Source: Rhynchobatus australiae
Lineage: Eukaryota
Length of the DNA stretch: 64,000 nucleotides
Direction: 5' to 3'
Assembly: GCA_034780895.1 (NCBI GenBank)
Contig: JAUZTB010000033.1
Location: 19,742,428-19,806,427 of the forward strand
Under the pieces are notes generated by a model. That model did not search any database, was not told the origin of the DNA, and saw only the letters and a program-made list of their open reading frames with translations. Below are positions 25,013 to 37,199 of the stretch, piece after piece. Numbering within the stretch: the first letter of the stretch is position 1; every line of letters starts with the position of its first letter. The position numbers and the translations under genes were made by a program.

Positions 25013-25245
25013 CTACCGTCGCTTAAGGTTGATCTGTTCAGAAAAAAAGTGTTCCAATAATTAATTTCTTGATTGAGTTGCATATATAGCAGCCGCATTC
25101 AGGTTCTCCTCCACCCGCGCTCTCTTTTTATACAAGTGAATCCCTCCGTCTATTTCTGGAGTGCGATCAAACCCTGCTGCTATTTTTAGCATGTGGTCTC
25201 AAAAAAAACTACTCACAAAGGCATTTTGCTGGAACGTGACGTACA
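25013..25245 (-). promoter_or_regulatory. Upstream promoter and short non-coding first-exon candidate of the mir-129-2 host transcript
   Basis: CRE-like TGACGTAC (~25238-25245), perfect MEF2 CTATTTTTAG (25180-25189), minus-strand TATAAAA (25126-25132), and a strong donor AG|GTAAGA at 25012. A palindromic CRE TGACGTCA lies at 25792-25799. Confidence 0.5.
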
Positions 25246-28089
25246 AACCATTAAGTGAACATTGAGATTTTTTTTCCCCTACCATCTCTGCACCACTTGC
25301 ATCTGACTGGCTTTAGTTACATCATTGCAGAGATTTTTAAACCCAACGCCTTTTTACATTCCCGTTCTCATTGCACATCTCTCGAGCCGGGTTTCTGTGT
25401 ACGTGTGAGGTCTTTACTTCTGTGCAAGTAGTTTAAAAATATATTTATCAGCCCGCTTGCAGCACGCTCTTTTTATTTATGTGGAACCTTGCACTTCAGT
25501 GCAAACGCACTGCAATGCATGTTCCTTGAAAGTACTTGTGGAAAACAACATTACAAAAAACACCCGAGCTTTATAACACGCCAGCCAATATTGTGCGTGT
25601 TTTTTTTTAATACCTTTATTTTTTTATATTGCAATTGAGGTATCAGGATAAAGGAAGACAGAATTGCCCCTCAAGCGTCCATTTAGAACCAGAAATTTCA
25701 AGCAATGGGTCGTAATTAAAGCTACTGTCTGTTGCTTGTGTGGAGACGGTGGAGTTTTTTCCCCCTTTTGGCCGCGTCAGTCTTCTTCCATTGACGTCAC
25801 GTTCATAGTCTCTTCAGAGGCTCGAGATGATCAGAAGAGACGGTTCTTTTGGAGAATACAGATTCCCAGCGCTAAAACATTTGCGNNNNNNNNNNNNNNN
25901 NNNNNNNNNNNNNNNNNNNNNNNNNNNNNNNNNNNNNNNNNNNNNNNNNNNNNNNNNNNNNNNNNNNNNNNNNNNNNNNNNNNNNNNNNNNNNNNNNNNN
26001 NNNNNNNNNNNNNNNNNNNNNNNNNNNNNNNNNNNNNNNNNNNNNNNNNNNNNNNNNNNNNNNNNNNNNNNNNNNNNNNNNNNNNNNNNNNNNNNNNNNN
26101 NNNNNNNNNNNNNNNNNNNNNNNNNNNNNNNNNNNNNNNNNNNNNNNNNNNNNNNNNNNNNNNNNNNNNNNNNNNNNNNNNNNNNNNNNNNNNNNNNNNN
26201 NNNNNNNNNNNNNNNNNNNNNNNNNNNNNNNNNNNNNNNNNNNNNNNNNNNNNNNNNNNNNNNNNNNNNNNNNNNNNNNNNNNNNNNNNNNNNNNNNNNN
26301 NNNNNNNNNNNNNNNNNNNNNNNNNNNNNNNNNNNNNNNNNNNNNNNNNNNNNNNNNNNNNNNNNNNNNNNNNNNNNNNNNNNNNNNNNNNNNNNNNNNN
26401 NNNNNNNNNNNNNNNNNNNNNNNNNNNNNNNNNNNNNNNNNNNNNNNNNNNNNNNNNNNNNNNNCGTAACATGTTGTTTTCAAAGCCCCCTCCTCTATCG
26501 TAACTGAAGAAGCAATTGCAAGCCATGGATATAAAACACAATGAAGTATTTTCTAAAAATTGAACACATTCCCTTCAATGTGACAACAGGCGGGCCAACA
26601 AATGTATTTACCATCTCTATAATAATAAAACACACATTATCGAGTCTACCTTCAGAGTACATGAATGATATACAACCGTCAATAAAGCCCAGATGAACTT
26701 GATCAAATGCTGAGACTGCTTAAACCAACGTTAAGTCCATGTTCTAAAAGGACACGCTGCACACAACAGGCATACACTAAATGGCCCCGACATATGAATT
26801 TAGAAAAAAAAACGACGTAGTGTATTTCTGATGTTTCATTTTTCAAAATGGTTTAGATGCACATTAAAGGAAAATGGCAAGGACACAAAACACCTTTAAT
26901 GAGTTAATGATCATTCACTTGCATTCACATCAGTGCCGACAAAACTAAAAAGTCAGATTTAGCTACATTAAATAAAGTTCTTCACAAAAACAACCATTCA
27001 AACATTGATGTGTGAGTAATAAACATGTACCCTGCAAATGAAAACAGTTAAACACATAAGCAATAATAACCAGAAGCGTGTATATTAAGATTTATTATGT
27101 TGCGAGTGTGCAGAGTTTAGAAAGCCTATTGTGCACAGGTGCACAAACCATGTACAGCAGGCTNNNNNNNNNNNNNNNNNGTGGCAAATCCATAGTGCTT
27201 TCTCTATCTAAACAGACAACCGCAGCTTTACGGATATTCCCCCTATAAATACTTTTTTTTTGCTGGAATGTGTCTTTAACTCTTCAATTCTGTATTATAA
27301 TTGCGAACTTTGCAGAGCACAGAATACAGCAGGTACCAACGAGTGGAGGCGATTACAATACTTATGTAAAGAATAGATTATAGCACATTCCGGCGAAGGA
27401 AGTCAGAAGCACATCAAACTCACATAATTTTACTTTAGAGGAAATGGTCAAAATGCCTTCTCTATTCTTTTTGCCTCTTATACGATGGTCATCAAAACTA
27501 CTATGTTGCACTTATTGAAATCCTGCCACCAATAAACGGCTGCAACTCAGGAATAGAAGTAAGCGTACTCACCAATGTTTTTTTTTATTGCCAGTGACAT
27601 GACAACGTGATCCACTGCGAATTGTCAGATCTTTGAAAATTTCCAAATACTGTGGATTAACTACTTTCAGATAGTTTACTCGCATATTGGAAATGCTAAA
27701 GGTAGAATTTGGCAGGTCGACGGTGCATGCTACTTCGGAAATGCTTCATGCAGTCGTGGTAGCTGATAGTGGTGCTGAAGTCTTNNNNNNNNNNNNNNNN
27801 NNNNNNNNNNNNNNNNNNNNNNNNNNNNNNNNNNNNNNNNNNNNNNNNNNNNNNNNNNNNNNNNNNNNNNNNNNNNNNNNNNNNNNNNNNNNNNNNNNNN
27901 NNNNNNNNNNNNNNNNNNNNNNNNNNNNNNNNNNNNNNNNNNNNNNNNNNNNNNNNNNNNNNNNNNNNNNNNNNNNNNNNNNNNNNNNNNNNNNNNNNNN
28001 NNNNNNNNNNNNNNNNNNNNNNNNNNNNNNNNNNNCCCCTTACCTAGCCATTTCCCCCAGATATTTCCCCCCATTCCCCTTTTAAACAT

Positions 28090-28790
28090 TGCGACCTAAT
28101 CCTTTCAGTTACTTCATTCCAGAACATAACAATTTGGAAATCTCTTCTCATCTCCCTCCCGCTGCATTTGCCAATTATTCTAAAGCCTTTGGTTACTGGA
28201 CGCCTTAAATTGAAGCCAGGCTCTTCTCATTTATTCTTTCAAGACCCCTTGTCATTTTGAATGCCACTAGAACATATCCTGTCAGCTTTCAAAGGAGAAC
28301 AATCCCATCACTTCTCTCTCTCCATATACAGTAAATGAAGTCTCTCATCTCTGGCAAAATTGCAGTAAATCTCCTTTGCAGTTTTTGACTTTCCTTAGAA
28401 TGTGGGGTCCAGAATTGGACACAATACTCCATCTGAGGCCTAACTTTTGATTTACGAATTATTACAAGTTCCTTTTTTTGCTCCAAGCTTTTATTTATAA
28501 AGCCGAGAATTCCATATAATTTCTTAACAAGATAGCTAATTGGCAGAAGAATCAAAGGTGAAATGGGGGATGTTTTTGCAGCAAGTAGTAGGGGATTGAA
28601 ACCCACAGTCTGAAAGTGTAGTAGATGCAAAGGCAGAGGTGCTCATTTAAACAGTATTTGGACATGTTCTTGAAGAGTCAGTTACCTGCAGAACTATGGA
28701 ACTAGTTGTGGTTAGGTTGAGGAGTTGTTTTTTCAACTTACAAATGACACATTGGTCTCCGTCTATATTGTAATATTTCTTTGACTCTTT
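28090..28790. mobile_element. Old CR1 fragments in opposite orientations
   Basis: The minus ORF 28289..28630 contains VRPQMEYCVQFWTP..QRRFT. A plus-strand CR1 3'-UTR-like tract follows. Confidence 0.65.
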
Positions 28791-29099
28791 TTATGATTTA
28801 GATAGTCATAGGAATGTGAGCTGCACTGCCAAAGATGGATATGTGGTGCTCAAGTATCTACTCTCCTGTACTCTTTAAAATTGTAGTTCAGCTTGNNNNN
28901 NNNNNNNNNNNNNNNNNNNNNNNNNNNNNNNNNNNNNNNNNNNNNNNNNNNNNNNNNNNNNNNNNNNNNNNNNNNNNNNNNNNNNNNNNNNNNNNTTTAA
29001 AATTGTAGTTCAGCTTGTATTATTTCTCTTCATTTTTTTCTAATGAAATTCATATTATATTTTAAAATAATTTTCTTCAGATTGTTATTAGAATCAGAT

Positions 29100-29790
29100 T
29101 ATTACCAGAAATATTTGTGTTTAGTGCAAGGCCAATTGCCACTTTAACTCGGTATTTGATTCTGAGATGAGCTTCCATTGACATTAAGTCTCCCAACTTT
29201 CACTTGGTATCATTGTCCATCTTGCTTCAGATTTTCCTCAACTGAGATGTGCATTCATGGTGTTTTTGTCTCTGGAATTAATAATCCTAAAGCTCTCCTA
29301 GCCAGCCTTCTCTCCCCCACCATTCACAAGTTTGTGCTCATCTGAAAGTCACATCTTTGTGTATCACCACTCTGCTGACCTAAATAGGCTCCCAGTCCAA
29401 TAATGCATCTATTATACCATCCTCATTGTATTTAAATCCCTCCATTACCTCAACTCTACTACACAGTAACGTCCAGTCTTAAAAAATTCAAGGTTATTCT
29501 GTTCCAGCAATTCTGGCATCTTCTCTATCTCTCTTTTAAATATATTACCAGTGCTGTATTTCACTGCCTACGGTTTAGGCTCTGGAATTTCTTCCCAAAT
29601 TGATTCCACCTTCTTACTCTTTAATGAGCTTTTTAAAACCTGTCTCCCTGACAATACTTTTTGTAATCTCTCTTGATTACTCCTCTTGCAACTTATTGTC
29701 ATTTTTGTTGATAAAGCACTTATTAAAAGATTTGGAATAGTCAATAAATTTAAAGGCACAACATAAATGCACCTTGTTATTGTTATTTGC
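29100..29790 (+). mobile_element. Degraded L2-type LINE 3' end
   Basis: L2-like ...CTGACCTAAATAGGCTCCCAGT...TTTAAATCCCTCCA...CTCTGGAATT and tail AAAGGCACAACATAAATGCA. Confidence 0.5.
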
Positions 29791-30656
29791 ATGGTACCTG
29801 CATTTTTGTAGGAATGCATAGTAAACAATGGCTGTGAAGTCTGCTTGAAGATAACAATGTGATTGTTAGTTTATCCTACTATCTCCAATAAGTTTGATTG
29901 CTCTAGTANNNNNNNNNNNNNNNNNTTTAAAACTAAATCATTTGATGGCTCTTTCTGTTGTAGTTAGTATGGATTCCCTAAATCCTTTAGTCACAGGCAC
30001 CCTTACATGAAATGCAAATCTGTGGAGATCTTCTTTTGTAGATCTATCTCTGGACTGAAAGGAAGAAGAGATACATATTATAAATATAAAACATGATTTC
30101 TCACACCATAGAGAAGTGGTCTGGGAGAGTGTAGCCTGTCTATAACACACACTAAATGCCATTCATTTACTGATCGCATACTGTCCTGTGACTGAAAAGA
30201 GCTTTTGGGAGTTGAGGGGTATGGGAAACTGGCACAGAAGAGGAGTTGAGGCCAGCATAAATTAGCTCTGATCATATTGAATTGTAGGGCAGGCTTGAGG
30301 GTCTTGGTGGCCAACTCCTGTTCCTATTTTCAAGTGTTCTTATTTTCAGTGCTTCTGGATCAAAATAAAATTGAACGGTGACACAAGGGCCCATGGGTAA
30401 TTCTGCCAACTTTATTGCTTCTGAAGTTGGCATAAGAGGAAACAACAGAAGTGATTTAATCAGGCTAATGCTTTGAGCATTTTTGAGCAAGAGGGAAGGG
30501 TCAGAACTTGAAAACCACATTGATTCCAAAACTGGAGTACAATAAANNNNNNNNNNNNNNNNNNNNNNNNNNNNNNNNNNNNNNNNNNNNNNNNNNNNNN
30601 NNNNNNNNNNNNNNNNNNNNNNNNNNNNNNNNNNNNNNNNNNNNNNNNNNNNNNNN

Positions 30657-30750
30657 ACAGTGTATTCAGGGAGATAGATGCATTTAAGGGGTATAGACAG
30701 TGTATTCAGGGAGATAGATGCATTTAAGGGGTACAGACAGTGTATTTAGA
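30657..30750. repeat. 40-bp tandem repeat at a gap edge, derived from CR1 3' sequence
   Basis: ACAGTGTATTCAGGGAGATAGATGCATTTAAGGGGTATAG occurs twice plus a partial copy. Confidence 0.85.
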
Positions 30751-33170
30751 GTAGTTATGGAGGAATTTGATTGTAGTATCCAAAAGAGACCTGGATAAGT
30801 ACCTGAAAGGAAAGTATCTGCAGTGCTGTGGGGAGAGGGAAGGGAGTTCCAACCACTGGATTGCTCTTTTAAAGCGCCTGCATAGACTTGATGAGGTAAA
30901 TGACTTCCTTCTGTGCAATTCTGTGATTGACTGTAATGAAAAAGTATTTCGCGCTTGTTTCTGATTATTTTAATGCACGACATTTGCTGCATTATTTGAA
31001 TAAAATTCTGGGTCGTGCCTATGTATGTGTTTCTTTTCAAAAAATATCAGCATGTAAATGTTCTGATAACATTCGAGCTCTAGTTAGAACAGTGGCGTCT
31101 GCAGGGGTGTGTGTGGATATCCTCAAAAACATAAGGAGGTGCCAAGAAATCGCACCCTTCAGTGAGTCCCTGGCAATGTGTGGTTCACTGCTGACGTTGA
31201 GCTCAGTCAGCATACTTTTTTAAAAGCTGCAAAGGACCAGAAAAACAAAATACCGAGTCAAATAGTACCTGTGGCTGAAGAGTAACAACAGACTCCTTTG
31301 GTATTGTAACAGTAGACCGATTGAAGGATCGTAATCTGGTCGTTGCTTCAAGTCCCCTCATCTCCCTGGTTCGGGTCACGTCTGGTCCTGTTATTAAAAT
31401 GAATATTTTGCGAAGGGCATCGTATACTAATACGTAACTGCAAAATGTTGATAAGTACACGACGCAGCTATACCATAATGACAGAGCACGCTATGTATCT
31501 GTGGATGGGGGATGAAATGTCGTTTCATACCAAATTACCCTATAATGATGTTTTGTAAATACCAAAACAATGAAATGCACGCACCAAGCACATTACCATT
31601 AAACGTCGCCCTCCGGTGCACGCTTTTTGAAAATACAAAACGTATGCACTCACACATGATGTTTTGGACACCTACCTTTCACGGAATTTTTGCAAACGCG
31701 TCCTGTCCAGACGATGCGAGTTCTCCGCAACCTTTGAAATGCACACAATGAAATTGTTTAAATGCACAGCTAAAAAAAACAAAACACTGTCTGCAATTCA
31801 CGGGATGGTCTGCGTTCTTAGTTAAAAGTGACAAACCATTCAGTGTCCGGTGCCAGATTCGAGAGACTGAATAGCAAACATCCAGCAAATGATAAGGATA
31901 TTGCTATCTCGTACGCGCTGTTCAAATATTCGCGCAACTGCAAAGCGGTATTTCACCTTTCCCTGTACATCTGTTTACACGCATTTCTNNNNNNNNNNNN
32001 NNNNNNNNNNNNNNNNNNNNNNNNNNNNNNNNNNNNNNNNNNNNNNNNNNNNNNNNNNNNNNNNNNNNNNNNNNNNNNNNNNNNNNNNCCTATTCTTCCT
32101 CCAATAACAACCTGTCCACTGGCTAAATTCACTATACACGCCATCCATGTCCCTGTCAGTGAATGGTCCCAAACGAATGATTCTACACAACCCAGCCCTT
32201 GCTTTGCAGGTTGGATCCCAGTAAATCCAGGTTATGTTGGGGGAGAGGGAGGCAAGGGAGATGATTTCAGCCTTGCTTTCTGTAATTCCCTTCGAGGCAA
32301 CAATTCTGGAAGGTTTTCTCACTAAATGGAAGCTTTCTCTAAAACGCAGTTAGGAGTTCTCGTTTACAGATGCCAGATCAGTCATTAACTCTCATTCAAA
32401 TAGAGAAAAACAAATTATCAGTTGATAGATTTGCCACGATGTGAGTAAGTCCAGTTTACAGGAAAATACGATACTTGGACGAAATCCGTCATTTTGATTC
32501 ACTGACCTGGCATTGAAGATTGTCAATTCTTGTTCTGAACATATACAAATTATAAATACAACTATATATCATATATTTAAACAAAGTTATGCATTCTTCA
32601 TCAAAATACATTAACCCTTTGAATGAAAGTAATTTAACTCTAATGCTGACAAATAATGCAATGGCGTATATATAAAATAATTTGCTGTGAATGAGATACA
32701 GAGTATAAATAAATCATTTGCTCATTCAATTCTAGGCCATACATTGTTTATTTCCCATTTATTAAATATTTGAGAGAAATATTCCCCTAAATGTCCGTCT
32801 AAACAAATTGACCTGCTCCTAAAAATTATTCTTAAAATTTATACATTGAGTGTGGGATGACAGTTCGAGGCGAGGTTCCGAAGGGTGCATTTTAAGGCAA
32901 TGGTGTTTCTTTTTTATAAATGTTAATGCCAACAATTTCCTCCCACCCAATTTCTCCTATTGTGAAATAAATCAGAATGCGTTTGATGCTGATAAGTATA
33001 ATCATGCTGTTGATGTGAGGTGAGACTGACTGTGACAGGTGAGATGAAATTGTACATTGGATTTTATTGCTTCCTTGCGTGACATCCCGGTCAATTATGA
33101 GGGTCCAGTAATTTTGGCAATAAACCCTCAAATCACCCAACGAACCCCTCCAACCAACCCACCAGACATG

Positions 33171-33196
33171 GGGGGGGGGGAGAGAGACAGAGAGAG

Positions 33197-33226
<30 letters not shown>
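33171..33226. repeat. poly-G plus (GA)n microsatellite
   Basis: Seen directly. Confidence 0.95.
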
Positions 33227-33231
<5 letters not shown>

Positions 33232-33499
33232 CTTTCGTCCAGCTAAACAAGACAGATAAAAACAAACTCTCCCTCAATTACCAGGTGCTGAAATGGATTT
33301 CGCGGATTTATAAACATGCAAATAATAAAATAGGGTTAGAAATGTTCTTATCCGGAATATTAAATAAACCCTGTTTCCCCTTTTTTCCGCTCCATTCCAC
33401 ATACCTGTAAAGAAAAACCTTGCTTATTATGAAGTTGGGAAATCTGCCAATATAAATTCTTCATAGATACAAATAATTTGGAAACAGTGGTCAGACTTG

Positions 33500-34860
33500 A
33501 GACCAGGTTCCAGCTAATAGCTAAAAATATAAACGGTATCCAACACATTTTAAAATAACAGAATCTTTTCCTTTGAAAAACAACCTGCAAATCGGACATA
33601 TTCCTTTATATAGAAATGTTCATTAATCCTTTTTTCCCTAAAAATAAAGCTATGAATGTAAAGCACCCACCTTTCGTCCCCATCCACTCAGTGCCCGTGT
33701 CTCTGCCTCAGAATCTACTGCAACATCCACTCTAACAGAAACTCTCAAATCTCCAGGCTGGAAATTGACCTGCATTGACGTCATTGCGTCATTAGGTCTC
33801 CCTTAGAAACACTGTGAGTTTCAAAAATAGAATCAAATTAATTCAGCAGAAAAGAAAGACTGCACGGACCTTCAACTGGCATCGGCCATAAAGCACTGGA
33901 ATCTCTCGCCCTATCCAGTGTCCGAGCAACCTGCCCAGAACGGAACACACAGATACATTGATTTATTTTAATTCTAAAAAGACACGTTTTCACTCCTTGT
34001 CTAAAAATAGTGCCTGTACACTGTGATTGCAGGCAGCAGTATTATACATCACTGGCATTTCTCACCCTTTAGGATATACCAGTGCACGAAGAATATGAAT
34101 GAATAGTCGAAAAAAAACCGAGATAAACATGAATGGGATAGGGGTCAGCAACTCGGAGTTATATTGGGGCGAGGTATTTTTTAAGGGAACATAATAATCT
34201 GTAATATAAAACCTAAATGATAATTATAAGGATTAAAAAACATGCAAGGCACGTGCCTCACGTGTTTATCTGGCAGCAGCTCCGGCTCATTCACAGAAAC
34301 CCCGTGCAGCGGTCCATTAATGATTTGCGCATACATACATTGGAGAAATGGACTTCCATATATCCCGCGCGCTTCCTACGTCTCATCGCTCGAATTTTAT
34401 CAATAGCCCCAGTCTAAGAATAAACCACAATGACTTCAGCGGCGTGAATGGAGTAGCCTGCACTGTAGCAGGAGCCGCTGAACTGTAGTCACCCCGCGGT
34501 TTCTTCTGAAGGGAAAGGAAAGCTTGTCGTGAAATAACTGCTCCATCGCGGGAGTGCAAAGCTAGGCTATGTGTTATCAACGCAATCTGATCAAAATAGT
34601 CCAATGCAATAATCCAACACCACGGCAGGCACTGGGGCAAAGCGGCGCAATTAGTTTGTTGCTACACTAAAAAAATAAGCTTTTCTCCAAAGTAGATTGG
34701 AGATTTTATTTTGGAGGGGGAAGGGCGTGGGGCAGAGGGCTGCGATAGTAACATTCAAAAATGGTGAATTTCTCGCAATCTGTTTCTAAAAATAATCCGG
34801 TAACCTTGCAGCTCCGCTCACGTGATCTTTTATACCTTCAGGTTCTAAACATTCAAACCT
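33500..34860 (-). promoter_or_regulatory. Distal CRE/MEF2/E-box regulatory cluster (promoter or enhancer)
   Basis: TGACGTCA (33776-33783) abuts TGCGTCA (33785-33791). MEF2 sites: CTAAAAATAG (34001-34010) and CTAAAAATAA (~33638, ~34786). CACGTG occurs three times (~34250, ~34259, ~34819). Minus-strand TATA-like boxes at 33605-33612 and 34828-34834. CpG is retained. Confidence 0.55.
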
Positions 34861-35662
34861 TATACAGTAACATAAAGCTGATAATAATCTTTGTCACAGG
34901 TCGCGTAGCACTCTACAAACAGTGAAGTGAAATCTCCACATGAAAGAAACCGTTATATAGTGCTGAAAACATTAATTCAACACAATATTCAATATCTTCA
35001 ACAGTCATCCAGTCCATCATGAAAAGGATTGTAAAATGCTTTCGTTTTGCTCCTTATGTCATCTGAAGTCACCTTTACTCCATAATGTTAGGAATGAATT
35101 TTGCAATAACTCTGGATATGGAGTAGATTTTGACGGGCGGTTTAATTTATACAACATCACATGACCCTCATACACAAGGTTCCCCCATATCGTCCGTTAC
35201 TTCATTTCATTTCTACAAAGTGGAATCTTTTTTCCTAAAGCTCTCCAGCATTTATCTTCTTCTCCATTTTCTAACGCTGCACAAAAATTAATCATTGACA
35301 ATGTTTCTTATGATAATTCATCAGTAATCCAGAGGCCCAAATAAACAATCCCAAAATGCCAGTTCAAATCCCATATTCAATTTGGAATTTAAATTAAGGT
35401 TGTTACATAATCTGAAATTAGATTAATAACAAAAAGGTAGTCTCAGAAATAGCGACACTGGGTTGTCATGAAAACTCATTTGGTTCATAAATGACCTTCC
35501 CCATCCAGTCTAAATCTGACTCCAGACCCACAGCACAATGCAGTTGACTCTTAACTGTCCTGTGAATGGGTGGACAAATCAGTCATTTGTGTGAAAACAA
35601 TAAATTAAAACAGAATAACAATAGTATCTGAGAAAAAAAAACATTTGGCATTAATCCAGGCA

Positions 35663-35750
35663 AGGTTACTCCCCATCCCCAGGCATTTAGAAAAGGTATG
35701 GTTACTCCCCATCCCCAGGCATTTAGAAAAGGTATGGTTACTCCGCATCC
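35663..35750. repeat. 37-bp tandem duplication
   Basis: GGTTACTCCCCATCCCCAGGCATTTAGAAAAGGTAT occurs twice plus a partial third copy. Confidence 0.9.
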
Positions 35751-35949
35751 AATCATCCTTGCAGAGTCCTTGTCACATTCGTTTTGGGACTCGTGTCTAA
35801 ACTGGGAGAGCTGCCCCACAGACTGGTCAAGAAACAGCCCGACACAGTTGTATCCAGAGAAACGCACGTTATAGACATTGGTCCAGATTCCTCCTCCGTA
35901 ATCCGTGGGTTCATCCTGACACACCAGCAAACCAGACCCACCAAAGGTG

Positions 35950-37190
35950 ATGAACATGAGAAGGTGAGAACCAGAAGCAGGAGTAGGTCAGCCAGCCCCT
36001 TGAGTCTGCCGCACTATTTCATTAGATCATGGCTGATCCAGTCTTGGCTTCACTACCACTTCCCTCCGTTCTCCCCAGACCCCTGACTCCCAGTCTGTCA
36101 GTCTCATCATTGAATATATTCAACTCAACCTCACAGCTCTCTGGTGCAGTGAATTCCAGAGACTTATGACCTCCTGATAGAGGAAATTCCTCTTCAAATA
36201 CACATCATTGTTTTAAAACTATTTCCCCCTGGTTTTCAATACAGCTAGCATATCTCAGCATCCATTCTCTCAATATATTTCAATAAGATTACCTCTCATT
36301 CTTCTAATATAGGCCCAATATGCCTAACCTTCCTTCATATGTCAGTCTCTTCATCCCAAAAATCAACCTCGTGAATCTTCTCTGCACTGCCTCCAATGTA
36401 AACATCTCCTTCCTGAAATATACTGTAGAGACCAAAACTGTAGGCAGTACTCCAGCACCATGTAAAATTACATCAAAACTGCCCNNNNNNNNNNNNNNNN
36501 NNNNNNNNNNNNNNNNNNNNNNNNNNNNNNNNNNNNNNNNNNNNNNNNNNNNNNNNNNNNCACTGAACCTGACTACCTTTTTGTACTTCACGTCTTGGAA
36601 CCCCAGACCCTTCATACTGAAACATTTTGTAGTCTCACTCCATTTAAATAATAAATTGCTGTTGTATTTTTCCTTCCAAAGGGGATAACCTCACATTTTC
36701 CCACATTATATACCATGTGCCGACTTCTTGTCCACTCACTTAACCTATGTATATCTCTTTGCATGCTATTGTGCCCTTTCACAAGCTGCTGGCCCACCTG
36801 TCTTTGTATCTTCGGCAAATTTGGCTAATGTATACTCAGCTTCTTCATCCAAGTCAGTAATACAGATAGTAACCAGTTGAGGCCCCAGCACTGATCCCTG
36901 TAGCACCCCACTAGTTATTGATTGACAATTCAAAAATGGTCAATTTATCCTGAATCTGCACCCTTACAGTTTCCTGCATTCTACCTTGTTCTTTCTTGAA
37001 TAGTGATGTAACACTTGCAGTTTTACAATGCTGCTGGGATCTCTCCACAATTTAGGGAATTTTGGTAAATGATAATCAATGCATCCATTATCTAAGCAGC
37101 CACTTCTCTGGAGCCAAACCATAAGTCCACGAGACTTGTTATCCTTTCACCCCATTAGTTTTCTTAGTACCTTTTTTTTCTAGTAATTGC
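35950..37190 (-). mobile_element. CR1-type LINE fragment
   Basis: LEAVQRRFTRLIFGMKRLTYEGRL; DIHRLSEW...YNVGKCEVIPFG; QGSVLGP-like coding at ~36880-36900. Confidence 0.85.
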
Positions 37191-37199
37191 AATTGGGTT

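Noticed and set aside
27758-27780. REST/RE1-like site (TTCAGCACCACTATCAGC on the minus strand)
   Set aside because: The left half matches but the essential GGACAG right half is broken. The similar hit at ~49942 lies inside a SINE.
28873-29018. Direct repeat TTTAAAATTGTAGTTCAGCTTG flanking an N gap (similar case at 58181/58306)
   Set aside because: Most likely an unmerged contig overlap, i.e. an assembly artefact.
30657-30750. Regular repeats as a possible CRISPR array (also 35663-35750)
   Set aside because: Head-to-tail tandem copies without unique spacers, in eukaryotic DNA with no cas genes.
34085-34110. Possible miR-670 remnant (GAATATGAATGAATA)
   Set aside because: No complementary arm or hairpin; only a partial AT-rich match.
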